Numbered from the stretch's first letter, positions 53,688-64,000 are shown. The stretch: 64,000 bases of DNA from Nostoc sp. DedSLP01 (GCA_034530875.2 JAVRCJ020000010.1:32001-96000); one strand, 5' to 3'. The notes: generated from the letters alone by a model not told the origin. Numbers and translations are program-made.

Positions 53688-54887
53688 ATGTCACAGTTGG
53701 AACAAGCACTGCCAGACACCTTTAGAGCCAAAGATTTAGCAACTATCCCTAATATTTTCCAACGGGTTGAGGCTTTGGCCAAAGACTTTGCTACCCGTGC
53801 AGCAGCACACGACAAAGACGGTTCGTTTCCTTTTGAGAATTTTACAGCTTTGTATGAGGCAGATCTGTTGAGCCTTAGCATACCGCGGGAATTTGGCGGT
53901 CAAGATTTGGGGTTAGAAACCATCTGCGGAGCGATTGAAGGTATAGCGCATGGCGATGCTTCCACCGCATTAGTACTGACAATGCACTATCTCCAACATG
54001 CCCATGCAGCTCGGAGTCGTCGCTGGCATCCAGAAGTCTACAAACGGGTGTGTCGTGAATCAGTCGAAGGCATTGCGCTGCTCAATGCTGCCCGTGTGGA
54101 ACCAGAGTTAGGCACGCCAGCCAGAGGCGGATTGCCTGCTACTATTGCTCAACGGACAACAGAGGGCTGGCGTTTAACAGGCCACAAACAGTACACCACA
54201 GGTAGTCCCATCCTGAGCTACTTTGTGGTTTGGGCGCGGACAACTGAAGATGAACCGCAAGTTGGGAATTTTCTAGTTCCGCGGGATCTTCCCGGCCTGC
54301 GAATTGTCGAAACTTGGGATCATTTGGGGATGAGAGCCACCGGCAGCCACGACCTAATTTTAGAGAATGTATTAATTCCTCTCGAATACGCCGTTGATAT
54401 CCGCCCCATCTCTGCAATGCCTGCTTTCGATCCATTGATTTCCAGTTGGGGCAGTTTAACAGTGAGTGCTTTATATCTGGGTGTTGCTACTGCTGCGCGA
54501 GACTGGCTGACTAAATATCTTTGGGAGCGATCGCCATCTAATTTAGGTGAGCCACTAGCAACTTTACCACGTTTTCAAACTGCCCTCGGAGAAATGGAAG
54601 CACTGCTATTTGCTAACCGCAAACTAATTTATAGCTTGGCTCAAGATATCGACAAGGGCGAGTACGAACCTAACGTAGGATTACAGGCACAAACTGTTAA
54701 ATATCTCACCACAACTAACTCGATTCGTGCTGTCGAGATTGCCTTGGAACTAACTGGCAATCCTGGTCTGTTAAAAAAGAATCCTTTAGAACGACACTAC
54801 CGCGACGTTTTGTGCAGCCGTATCCATACACCACAAAATGACGTTATTTTACAATCTTTAGGAAAATCGGCTCTGAAAGTTAAGTGA
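53688..54887 (+). CDS. Acyl-CoA dehydrogenase-fold flavoprotein (probable monooxygenase)
   Basis: L-G-KQYTTG, WDHLGMRATGSH, LERHYRD...RIH. Confidence 0.85.
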   Translation: MSQLEQALPDTFRAKDLATIPNIFQRVEALAKDFATRAAAHDKDGSFPFENFTALYEADLLSLSIPREFGGQDLGLETICGAIEGIAHGDASTALVLTMHYLQHAHAARSRRWHPEVYKRVCRESVEGIALLNAARVEPELGTPARGGLPATIAQRTTEGWRLTGHKQYTTGSPILSYFVVWARTTEDEPQVGNFLVPRDLPGLRIVETWDHLGMRATGSHDLILENVLIPLEYAVDIRPISAMPAFDPLISSWGSLTVSALYLGVATAARDWLTKYLWERSPSNLGEPLATLPRFQTALGEMEALLFANRKLIYSLAQDIDKGEYEPNVGLQAQTVKYLTTTNSIRAVEIALELTGNPGLLKKNPLERHYRDVLCSRIHTPQNDVILQSLGKSALKVK

Positions 54888-55001
54888 TATCAAGTCCGGT
54901 TAATCACTTATGATTAACGCATCTGTGCAAAAACCTCAAAAGTCTCTTTCCCCCAATCCCCAGGTCACCAGTCACCAGTCCCTTGCTATAATTACCAATT
55001 T

Positions 55002-55034
55002 AAAAACCCTAAAACTGGCGAACCAGTTCTAGGG
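55002..55034 (-). terminator. Intrinsic terminator downstream of the RTX gene
   Basis: Minus strand CCCTAGAACTGG-TTCG-CCAGTTTTAGGG-TTTTT. Confidence 0.75.
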
Positions 55035-55165
55035 TGTTAGGCGTTTATAGGTTTTTTAATTCCTACTTGGCTACCTCAACGAGCCGCACGCAATTTTTTC
55101 ATTTTTGACTCAATTGTTTGATATTGTTGTGAAAAATTAAAGTTAAATTGCGTGGATTGCCTGTT

Positions 55166-58100
55166 CTAAACAGCAGAGAAATCCCACACGCTGATGGTGG
55201 TGGATTGAACATTAACCAATGTAGCTAATAGCTCTTTAGTCTGACTGATACCGATTAAAGTATTGCTAGAACTTTGGGTAATGCTCAGTTGTCCAAAGGT
55301 CAGACCGTCGCGTAATCCGATAAAGTCCTGACCTTTAACAAAGTTGTAAATAATGTCACTACCAGCGCCAGGATAAAGAACGAATTGGTCGATTCCTGCA
55401 CCACCATAGACAGTATCATTACCAAATCCACCATCTAGAACTGAGTTCCCGCTACCCGCAACTAGTAGGTCAGCACCATTGCCACCTAAGAGAATGTCTC
55501 TGTAAGCGATATTCTGCAACTGGGGCTTGCCGCTAGCATCTACAGGAATCTTGGCTACAGAATCTGTAGAAACTTTTTGATCTAAAATGTTTTCGCCGTA
55601 TAGTTGGTCGTTACCATTACCACCAACTAAGTAATCATCGCCCTGACCGCCTACTAGGGTATCATCGCCATCATTGCCATTGAGATAGTCATTGCCAGCA
55701 CCGGCATCAAGATAGTCGTTGCCACTGCCGTAGAAATCATAACCATTATCAACGATATTAAAGCGATTATCGTTATAACCGTAGCCATCACTGAAATCAC
55801 CGTAGAGGAAATCATTGCCCTCTCCACCTAAGAGTAAGTCGTCGTCAAAACCGCCCTCTAAATAGTCATGACCGCTGCCGCCATTGAGTGTATCGTCATG
55901 ATAGCGATAACTTTCATCCAAGTTGCGACGATTTTCGCTTTGACCTGCAAAAAATGGAAAATCGCCAAAGAGGAAATCATTTCCTCCATCGCCTAACAAA
56001 GAATCTCTACCCAGACTACCTTCTAGATAATCATCACCAGCACCAGCAATTAGGGTATCGTTACCAATGTATAAAGTGGAAACGTTGCCCTCGTAGGTAT
56101 CGCCCTCAGAAGTAGTTAATTGGTCATCGCCAATCAGCAAATCGCTACCGTCACCGCCGAGAAGCGAATCGTTACCCAAACCACCATAAAGGTTGTCATT
56201 GCCAATGCCGCCATCTAGGGTATCGTTGTTGCCTGATAAGCTGTCACCATAGACATAATCGTAACCGTAGGCATGAGTATCATCATCGCCATAAAGGAAA
56301 TCATCGCCGTCATTACCTAAGAGTGAGTCAGTGCCGAGTCCACCTACTAACAGGTCATTACCCGAACCACCATCGAGGGAGTCTATACCATTGCGACCGT
56401 AGAGTTGGTCATCGCCATTGCCACCATAAAGGACATCATTACCGATATCGCCATCGAGTAAGTCGTTTCCTAGTTGTCCGTAGAGGCGGTCATCGCTGCC
56501 TTGACCGTAGAGGAAGTCATCACCTTCACCACCATCTAAAAAGTCGCTGCCTGTTTCACCGTAGATGAAATCATTTCCTTGCTGGCCATAAAGTTGGTCG
56601 TTGCCATCACCGCCAGAAATTGAGTCGTTACCTTGACCGCCATCTAAAAAATCCTCTCCAAATTGACCGTAGATTTGGTCGTCGCCCTCTTCGCCGTAGG
56701 CAACATCATTGCCATCATTACCATATAGTTCGTCGTTTTCTTGGCCGCCATTTAATTGGTCATCACCAGCTTCACCAAATAGGATATCTTTACCCGAACC
56801 GCCGAAGAGTCCATCATTACCATCGCCGCCTTCTAGATTGTCGTCTCCATTTTGACCGTAGAGGATGTCATTATTGGCATCACCATAAAGCCAGTCATTA
56901 CCCTCGCCACCTTCTAGATAATCATTGCCGGAACCACCATTCAAACTATCTGCACCTGCTTGACCAAAAAGGCGATCGCTATCTTCGTTACCAAATAAGA
57001 TGTCATTACCGTCGCCACCTTCTAACAAGTCATCGCCAGAGTCGCCATATAATTGGTCGTCTCCTTGGCGACCATAAAGTTGGTCGTCATCATTGCCACC
57101 AAAGAGAGTGTCGGTTCCTTGACCGCCATCTAGCAAATCGTCGCCCTTATCTCCGAATAGTTGGTCGTTGTCATTTTCACCATAGAGTTGGTCGTTGCCA
57201 TCATCTCCAGAAATGATGTCGATGCCATTACCACCATAAAGGCGATCGTTATTTTCGTTGCCATGTAGGATATCATCTCCGGCTTCACCGTAGATTAGAT
57301 CGTTACCGCCCAATCCACAAATTTCGTTATTGCCAGCATCGCCTTGGAGATAGTCGTCGTATTCAGAACCTTCTAGGTTTTCAACGCCTATCAACACATC
57401 TCCCTTAGCGTCTCCTGCCCAGCCTGTTCCTGTTGTCAGGCTGACTCCAACGCCAATTTCTGATGTGAAATAGGAAGCTGTATCAACGCCAATAAATCCT
57501 AATACGGTTGTGCCGAAGAAACCGCCATCGATGGTATCAGCACCTTTACCGCCAACTAAGAAGTCGTCACCATCATCGCCTCTGATAATGTCGTCCCCAT
57601 CTTCACCAAAGAGGATGTCATCACCACCGCCTCCAGATACCGTATCCTTACCTCCACCCGCATAGATGGAGTTTTTGTTGGTGTCACCTGTGAGTTGGTC
57701 GTTAAAGTTAGAACCGATGATATTTTCAATGCTATTGAGAGCATCAATACCACCAAATCCATCAGTGGCGATACCCAATCCGGGAGTGAAGAGAAATCCT
57801 AAAGTGACTGTGACTCCTTTGGGGTCGCGGCGGTAGCTAACTGTATCGATGCCGTCACTACCATCGAGGAAATCGAAGCCAGCATTACCAATTAACAGGT
57901 CATTACCGCTTAAACCTTCGATCGCGTTGGTTTCGGAGTTACCAATTAAAATGTCATCAAAGCTCGAGCCAACGATGTTTTCTAGGTTTTTGAGGGTATC
58001 GACATTTCCATATCCATCGTAGGCAGTGCCTGCATTAATTCCAAATTCTGGCTCTAAGTCGGTTGTTATGGTTCTTTCATCAACACAATCTATATGGATG

Positions 58101-60073
58101 GAACCACCAGCATTGCTGTAGCCGCTTTGTTCGTCGATATTAACTGTTACGCCATTAGGTGAGGTGACATAGAGGACTGTATCAAAATCTGCGCTATTAT
58201 CTCTCTCTTCACCGCCATCTATCGTGTCATTGCCAGCATCACCGGAGATGATATCGGTACCAGCGCCACCAAGTATGAAGTCGTTTCCTGGGTTGTCAAA
58301 CTTACTAATACCAGGGACTGTTGCCAGTAAATCTGCAAACTGAGCTAATTGCTGTGGGGTTAAAAGTTTGGATAAATCCTCTTGGTTCAGGGATATTAGG
58401 TAGTCGCCAATAATGAAGTCATCACCTGCACTACCATTGAGGAAGTCGCTGCCAGCACCTCCTAGAACAAAGTCACCACCATCGCCACCGTCAATGTTGT
58501 CATTACCAGCATCGCCGGAGATGATGTCATTGCCCGCACCACCAGATATGGTGTCATTTCCTTCTACACCTAAATCGAAGGCACTACTTACACCATTGTT
58601 AATAGTATTAAATCCTTGGGGCAAGAAATAATCGCCGAGAATAATATCGTTCTCTGTCCCAGCGTTGATGTTATCGCTGCCAGCACCACCGAGAATGGTA
58701 TCGCTGCCTTCGTTGCCGTTGAGGAAGTCGTTACCGCCATCACCAGAAATCAGGTCGTTACCCAAACCCCCGGAGATGTTATCGTTGCCGACTGCACCTA
58801 AATCAATGCCAAATTGTCCTTGGGATAAAATATAGTCGCCAGCAAGTACGTCGTCACCATCACCACCATTGATGATGTCGCTGTCTGCACCGCCGAGTAT
58901 GATGTCGTTTCCTTGGTCGCCATTGAGGGTGTCGTTAGCACCATCACCAGAAATGATGTCATTACCTACACCACCGGAGATGTTATCGTTTCCTACATCT
59001 CCTAAATTAAACTGGCTGGGGGTGGCTACATAGTCGCCAATGAGGATATCATCATCAGTTCCGCCGTTGATGATATCGCTACCCGCACCGCCGAGAATGA
59101 TGTCACTGCCTTCGTCACCGTTGAGAGTGTCGTTACCACCATCACCAGAAATCAGGTCGTTACCCAAGCCGCCAGAGACTCTATCATTCCCAGGTGCGCC
59201 TAAGTCAACACCAAATTGTCCGGGGGCTACTAAATAGTCGCCGGCAATGACGTCGTTACCAGTGCCGCCATTGATGGTATCATCGTTAGCTCCGCCCAAG
59301 ATTAAATCGTTACCTGCGTCGCCGTTGAGGGAATCATTGCCGCGATCGCCAAAGATGATATCATCACCATTGCCTCCAGAAACCAAGTCGTTGCCTTCGT
59401 TACCAGAACCGATAGGAATTATAAAATCCCCAAATTTGAGTTTGATATTGTCAATACTTCCCGAACCACCAAAACCCAAAAAAGTACCGCCACCACCATA
59501 ACTTCCTGGGATATCAAACTCACCCAAGTTCAAAGGAACATCTTGTGCAACCAGATTTGTCAGGTAGTCCCCAAAGAGGATATCGTTACCCTCACCACCA
59601 TTTATGGTGTCACTACCACCGCCACCGAGAACAACATCTGCTCCCCCATTCCCATTGAGCAAGTCGTTACCGTCTGCACCTGCATCGTTGGGGCCAAGGG
59701 CATCTCCTAAAATCAGATCGAAATCGTTACCGCCGTTAACTGTATCGCTACCACCAAAACCTGCAAAAAAGTTGCTTGGCCCATCAGGAAGAGGTAGAGA
59801 AAAGCTGATTGTATCTGTCCTGTTTTCTTCATCAAGCAGTGTTGGGATTGTATATGTTACTGAAAAGTTAATAGGTAAATCTATAGCTGGTTCATTTTGC
59901 AGAAAATTAGCTCCAGCATTCCCCACAATAATATCGGGAAGGCTACTCAAGCTAACGGGAATAGGTACATCGATATTAGTTCTTCTGGTTTTAGAACCAA
60001 CCAAAAATTCAATCGTAGCTGTAATTCTGGCAGCAATACGCGGTTGTGTTGTTAAAAAACTAAATAGAGACAT
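55166..60073 (-). CDS. Large RTX (hemolysin-type Ca2+-binding repeat) secreted protein
   Basis: Dozens of GGxGxDxLx nonapeptides, ENIVGS-FDD-L-G blocks; type I secretion-like C-terminus (D-I-NF--GQD-IGL...DF). Confidence 0.93.
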   Translation of the reverse strand: MSLFSFLTTQPRIAARITATIEFLVGSKTRRTNIDVPIPVSLSSLPDIIVGNAGANFLQNEPAIDLPINFSVTYTIPTLLDEENRTDTISFSLPLPDGPSNFFAGFGGSDTVNGGNDFDLILGDALGPNDAGADGNDLLNGNGGADVVLGGGGSDTINGGEGNDILFGDYLTNLVAQDVPLNLGEFDIPGSYGGGGTFLGFGGSGSIDNIKLKFGDFIIPIGSGNEGNDLVSGGNGDDIIFGDRGNDSLNGDAGNDLILGGANDDTINGGTGNDVIAGDYLVAPGQFGVDLGAPGNDRVSGGLGNDLISGDGGNDTLNGDEGSDIILGGAGSDIINGGTDDDILIGDYVATPSQFNLGDVGNDNISGGVGNDIISGDGANDTLNGDQGNDIILGGADSDIINGGDGDDVLAGDYILSQGQFGIDLGAVGNDNISGGLGNDLISGDGGNDFLNGNEGSDTILGGAGSDNINAGTENDIILGDYFLPQGFNTINNGVSSAFDLGVEGNDTISGGAGNDIISGDAGNDNIDGGDGGDFVLGGAGSDFLNGSAGDDFIIGDYLISLNQEDLSKLLTPQQLAQFADLLATVPGISKFDNPGNDFILGGAGTDIISGDAGNDTIDGGEERDNSADFDTVLYVTSPNGVTVNIDEQSGYSNAGGSIHIDCVDERTITTDLEPEFGINAGTAYDGYGNVDTLKNLENIVGSSFDDILIGNSETNAIEGLSGNDLLIGNAGFDFLDGSDGIDTVSYRRDPKGVTVTLGFLFTPGLGIATDGFGGIDALNSIENIIGSNFNDQLTGDTNKNSIYAGGGKDTVSGGGGDDILFGEDGDDIIRGDDGDDFLVGGKGADTIDGGFFGTTVLGFIGVDTASYFTSEIGVGVSLTTGTGWAGDAKGDVLIGVENLEGSEYDDYLQGDAGNNEICGLGGNDLIYGEAGDDILHGNENNDRLYGGNGIDIISGDDGNDQLYGENDNDQLFGDKGDDLLDGGQGTDTLFGGNDDDQLYGRQGDDQLYGDSGDDLLEGGDGNDILFGNEDSDRLFGQAGADSLNGGSGNDYLEGGEGNDWLYGDANNDILYGQNGDDNLEGGDGNDGLFGGSGKDILFGEAGDDQLNGGQENDELYGNDGNDVAYGEEGDDQIYGQFGEDFLDGGQGNDSISGGDGNDQLYGQQGNDFIYGETGSDFLDGGEGDDFLYGQGSDDRLYGQLGNDLLDGDIGNDVLYGGNGDDQLYGRNGIDSLDGGSGNDLLVGGLGTDSLLGNDGDDFLYGDDDTHAYGYDYVYGDSLSGNNDTLDGGIGNDNLYGGLGNDSLLGGDGSDLLIGDDQLTTSEGDTYEGNVSTLYIGNDTLIAGAGDDYLEGSLGRDSLLGDGGNDFLFGDFPFFAGQSENRRNLDESYRYHDDTLNGGSGHDYLEGGFDDDLLLGGEGNDFLYGDFSDGYGYNDNRFNIVDNGYDFYGSGNDYLDAGAGNDYLNGNDGDDTLVGGQGDDYLVGGNGNDQLYGENILDQKVSTDSVAKIPVDASGKPQLQNIAYRDILLGGNGADLLVAGSGNSVLDGGFGNDTVYGGAGIDQFVLYPGAGSDIIYNFVKGQDFIGLRDGLTFGQLSITQSSSNTLIGISQTKELLATLVNVQSTTISVWDFSAV

Positions 60074-60566
60074 GCTCGAATTTCCTCAATTTGTTATTCA
60101 GATATTTGCCTGACGGCACTCACGGCAAACTAATCTCGATGCGGATTAAAAACCGACGAAAAATCAGGATTTATGGTTTGATTTACTTTCTAAGACTCAA
60201 TGCGATGCCTGCACTGTTTGCTAGACAACGCTAAAATTTTTATCAATAAGCAAGGGATAAACGGATTATTTTCAGCTTATTGATAGACGAGTCTTATAAA
60301 AATGATGCAGCTGCCCTGTGATGACTCTTGTCAAATACAAACAGCCATAATTGACCATTCTCGGTCGGTAAATTTAATCGGATAAAACCTCCTTTTAAAG
60401 GATAAAACTCCTAACAACTGGAACTAAATTAGCCGAGTTAATTAACTATTTTTTATTAGTTAATCAGTCCAAAAGTGTTAGAGGTATGCTGAGATACTGG
60501 AGTTTATCCAATTATCAGACGCAGCAGTAAATATTTTATGATTAAAGACGCACCCATCTACAAATT

Positions 60567-60657
60567 AGACTGATTGCAGAAGTTGGTAAAAAGGTAAGGG
60601 TAAGAAAAAACCTTTTCCAATTTCTGCCTCTTACAAAAATAGTTTTGCAAAAGGTCT
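60567..60657. mobile_element. MITE-like element, AGACTTCTTGCA-end family, second copy
   Basis: AGACTGATTGCAGAAGT...AGTTTTGCAAAAGGTCT. Confidence 0.55.
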
Positions 60658-61514
60658 ATTGTAGATATTATTGTTTAACCCTACTTGGGGTTAAAGACTC
60701 TGTTTTGAACGTTTGGACGAGATAATCAGGGTTTCACACTGTCAAAAATAACCAGAGAATCAAGGTTTAAGCATATACCGAACTCAGGTTCTTTAGGAAG
60801 AAATATTACAACCTCCTAATAACCGCTTACTCTACTAGCGCTAGCTTCCGGCGACCTGAACTTTCTTATGAGTCATGGGTGGAAATTACCCACTGATAGC
60901 GTAGCGGTAGCGAGTCCCCGAGCGTCTTGATTCTGAATTATGCATTCTTATTCAATCTTTAATTCTTCGTAATTACACGGAAAGAAACTACTGTTAATTT
61001 GCCCTTATACTAAACTCATTCTCAATAGAATCACGTATTTCATTAAAAATCAATAATTGTGAGGTTGTCTTTACAGAAAGTTCATATCTTCTTTTTAATT
61101 AGCAGGAATTAAATTAAAGTTTCTTTAAAGTATTAAGCAATAATCAAGTTTTTTATTTAGCTGTATAATAAATGGGTAAAAAATGAATTTACGGTTGAAT
61201 AAAAATAGAATATAGCAGCTTTTTGCCTATTAAAATGTAACAACTTAATTAAATCCTATATGCTACTTAAATAGATATATAGTATAGTCTCTCAGGTTAG
61301 AGAAGAAGGTTATTGATAGATATTTGAAGATGGTATGTCGCAAACCAGATTTTTATCGATAAATCTGGAGCCAGCTTAAGTGCGATCGCACTTACTATCG
61401 AATTGGAAACTGCTATATATTACTCCTACTTAATTTTTACAAAGCTAGGTGCGCTTGTTTTCTGTCTCTACTAGCAATTCAGGAATCAAATCGGATTCAT
61501 ATAGCATTAATGTC

Positions 61515-62249
61515 CTAAAGTAACGTCTGAGAAATAACTTGTAATATTTCTTGCTGATTGCTTTTGAGAAAGAAATGGTTACCAGAAAATGTATGGAGTT
61601 GAAATTTGCTAGAAGTTTGTTCGCGCCAACCGTCAAGGGAAGCAGTCAGAACCACCTCGTCTTGTAAACCACCAAAAACAGAAATAGGGCAATCAAGTGG
61701 AGCTTCTTCTATATATGAATAAGTCTCAGCTATTGCTAAATCTGCTCGCAAGATACTTAAAAACAATTTCATTAATCGAGCGTTTTGCAAGATAACACTT
61801 GGAGTACCGTTAAAACGACATACTTGTTGAAAAAACTCAGCTTCCGGTAGTTGATGAATTGGTGGGTGTAAGTCAGGAGAATTAGGAGCTTGACGGGCAG
61901 AAATAAAAAGATGAAAGGGTTGGCGATGTTTTAATCGACGCAACTGGCGTACTAACTCAAAGCAAATCAAAGCTCCTAAACTGTGGCCAAAAAGAGCAAA
62001 GGGGCGGTCAAATTCGGGTAAAAGGGCAGGTATCATCTCCTGAAGTAGAGGTACTAACTGGGTGAACAAAAGCTCTTTTATTCTGTTTTCTCGTCCAGGG
62101 AGTTGTACTGCACATACTTCTATTTGTGGAAGTAATTGGTCAGCCCAAGGTTTAAAAAAAGAAGCACTCGCACCAGCAAAAGGAAAGCAAAACAGCCGTA
62201 AATTGGCTTGAGGGTTGGGTTTAGGATATACGAGCCAAGGATTTATCAT
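61515..62249 (-). CDS. Type II thioesterase (GrsT/RifR-like)
   Basis: RLFCFPFAGA, QLPGRENR, FGHSLGA, LRADL, GNHFF. Confidence 0.93.
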   Translation of the reverse strand: MINPWLVYPKPNPQANLRLFCFPFAGASASFFKPWADQLLPQIEVCAVQLPGRENRIKELLFTQLVPLLQEMIPALLPEFDRPFALFGHSLGALICFELVRQLRRLKHRQPFHLFISARQAPNSPDLHPPIHQLPEAEFFQQVCRFNGTPSVILQNARLMKLFLSILRADLAIAETYSYIEEAPLDCPISVFGGLQDEVVLTASLDGWREQTSSKFQLHTFSGNHFFLKSNQQEILQVISQTLL

Positions 62250-62326
62250 CGCAACCAAAAGTCAATTGTATCGATCGCAAATATTTCTATCTTGTGCTGT
62301 CTTTAAATAGCAAAATAAAGTAGTGA

Positions 62327-62360
62327 AAGTACTTCAGGTAAAAATTAATCCTGAAGTACT
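62327..62360. terminator. Hairpin between the beta-propeller gene and the thioesterase
   Basis: AGTACTTCAGG...CCTGAAGTACT perfect 11-bp stem. Confidence 0.5.
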
Positions 62361-62410
62361 CGATAAACCGAAATGAAAAACCTTATTTCCCTAGATGAAA
62401 GCCTTAAACA

Positions 62411-64000
62411 CTAAACGATACGAAAATCGCTGGCATTAAGAGTAGGATGATTGACAAGGTTAGCAAATACACCGCCACTGCCAAGTCCAGAGCCAGAGCC
62501 GTTTTGATTGTAATATAAATCGCCACGAACTGAATCGTACACAATAAAGGCTTGACTGCTTCTAGCTGCGTTACCATTAGTCACTACAGCAAAATCTTTC
62601 AAGTTGTTAAAGCCGTCTCCTACTGAACTTTTCAAAGCGGTGAAAGTATCTTTACTCAGCACAATCTTGTCACCGAGTTCAAAGTCAGTAATTTTATCTA
62701 CACCAAATTCGCTACTGGCAAATTTTTTGTCTGTGTCGAAGATAAAACGATCTCTACCAGAACCACCAGTCAGGATATCGTTTCCGGCACCACCAACTAG
62801 TTGGTCGTTCCCTGCGCCCCCGATGAGTGTATCGTTACCGGCATCACCATAAAGGGAATCATTACCTCCTTGGCCATTTATAGTGTCATTTCCTGCTTTA
62901 CCGAAAATTTCGTCGTTACCATTAGCTGAATTTGCGATCGCACTTTTCGCACTTAATGATGTCAGATTTTGTGTCGTCGGGTCAGTACCAATCAGGCTGT
63001 CTTTTTGATTGCTACCAAGAATTTTATTGGTGATTGGTGAGGTGGACGGATTAAAAGATAGTAGAGAACCAGTGTTCGCATCAAGTTTGGCTATCCACGT
63101 ATCAACGGTACCAGCATTGACACCTCCAAGAGAACCCTCGGTAAATCCTGTAACGAAGAGATTACCTAAATTATCAACGGTGATACCTGTAGCATAATCT
63201 AATTCAACCGTGCCAAATTGTTTAATCCATTTTTGATTGCCTGCGGTATCATAGCTAGCTACCCAAGCATCAAAAGACCCGGCGTTAGTTCCGCCTAAAC
63301 TACCTTGGGTATATCCAGTCATAAAAATATTGTCTTTGGCATCAATTTTTACGCCACCAAAGAACAAACCATCAGCACCACTAGTACCAAATTGGCGAAT
63401 CCATTCTTGAGTACCATCTGGTTTAGATTTAGCTATCCAGACATCTTCTGCACCGGCATTTGTCCCTCCTAAGTCGCCTCTAGTCCATCCAACTGTGTAG
63501 AGATTACCCTGGCTGTCATGGTCGATATCCCAGGAAAAATCAAAATTTGCACTGCCAAATTGATCGACATTTTGGAGTTGTCCGTTAGTAGCGTTCAATT
63601 TGAGGATAATGGGATCGTAGAAATTAAAAGCTCCTTGACCAGAGTAATCACCATAAGTCCATCCTGTAACGTACACAGAACCATCTTTGCCGAGGGTAAT
63701 ACCGTATGCTTCATCAAATAAAGCCACAGAGTTAATAGGAGATGCAACTTCTGTGTACCATTTCTGATTACCATTGGTATCGTATTGTGCTACCCAGATA
63801 TCATCTTGAGCAGGAAATACTCTGTAAATGTTACTAGTTGGTCTGGGATCTTCCCTAACCGTCAGTCCAGATACGTAAATGTTGCCATTATTATCAACAG
63901 CAATATCGGTAGCAGCATTTAAATAATCAGCTCCTAACTGGCGAATCCATAACTGGTTACCATTGCTGTCATACTTAGCGAACCAAGAATCTTGAGTGCC
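62411..64000 (-). CDS. SBBP beta-propeller + RTX protein (CylK/BrtB-like); 5' end lies outside the window
   Basis: Frame open to the window edge; repeated DxWxA(K/S)YD--GNQ-WI-QFG blades, D--GNLYV-G-T-G-LGG; C-terminal RTX nonapeptides. Confidence 0.85.
   Translation of the reverse strand, partial: GTQDSWFAKYDSNGNQLWIRQLGADYLNAATDIAVDNNGNIYVSGLTVREDPRPTSNIYRVFPAQDDIWVAQYDTNGNQKWYTEVASPINSVALFDEAYGITLGKDGSVYVTGWTYGDYSGQGAFNFYDPIILKLNATNGQLQNVDQFGSANFDFSWDIDHDSQGNLYTVGWTRGDLGGTNAGAEDVWIAKSKPDGTQEWIRQFGTSGADGLFFGGVKIDAKDNIFMTGYTQGSLGGTNAGSFDAWVASYDTAGNQKWIKQFGTVELDYATGITVDNLGNLFVTGFTEGSLGGVNAGTVDTWIAKLDANTGSLLSFNPSTSPITNKILGSNQKDSLIGTDPTTQNLTSLSAKSAIANSANGNDEIFGKAGNDTINGQGGNDSLYGDAGNDTLIGGAGNDQLVGGAGNDILTGGSGRDRFIFDTDKKFASSEFGVDKITDFELGDKIVLSKDTFTALKSSVGDGFNNLKDFAVVTNGNAARSSQAFIVYDSVRGDLYYNQNGSGSGLGSGGVFANLVNHPTLNASDFRIV

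Noticed and set aside
55888..60113. Plus-strand ORFs opposite the RTX gene
   Set aside because: Shadow frames produced by repetitive Gly/Asp codons
60121..60215. Possible cyclic di-GMP-I riboswitch (GGCAAAC...GACGAAAA)
   Set aside because: It is on the strand opposite the RTX gene and lacks the GAAA tetraloop, GACGCAAA spacing and a clear P1

Overview
A 64-kb chromosomal segment from a heterocyst-forming (Nostocales-type) cyanobacterium. The assignment rests on abundant HIP1 octamers (GCGATCGC), heptamer STRR arrays and STRRs inside rnpB. The housekeeping backbone includes metG, lptC-like, labA-like, pepA, plsX-fabH-fabD, a wecA-like gene, a CIRCE-controlled solitary groEL, corA, rnpB-rnc and fabG. 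It is mixed with signalling genes (two Ser/Thr kinases, a 2078-aa Ser/Thr+His kinase, a sensor His kinase), a VapBC-type pair and an Lhr-like helicase. Best candidates for new biology: (1) an AT-rich operon at 43.9-47.2 kb with two paralogous membrane-linked TRAFAC-like GTPases and a membrane-anchored partner, resembling double-GTPase conflict systems; (2) at the right edge, a CylK/BrtB-like beta-propeller+RTX gene, a type II thioesterase and a giant RTX protein, probably the end of a natural-product cluster; (3) an almost adenine-free, possibly diversified patch at the end of a kinase-GUN4 gene. Several small repeat/MITE families have altered genes: in-frame insertions, a replaced stop codon and an ATC start codon inside a HIP1 site. 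All family assignments are from motif recognition by eye; no database searches were run.
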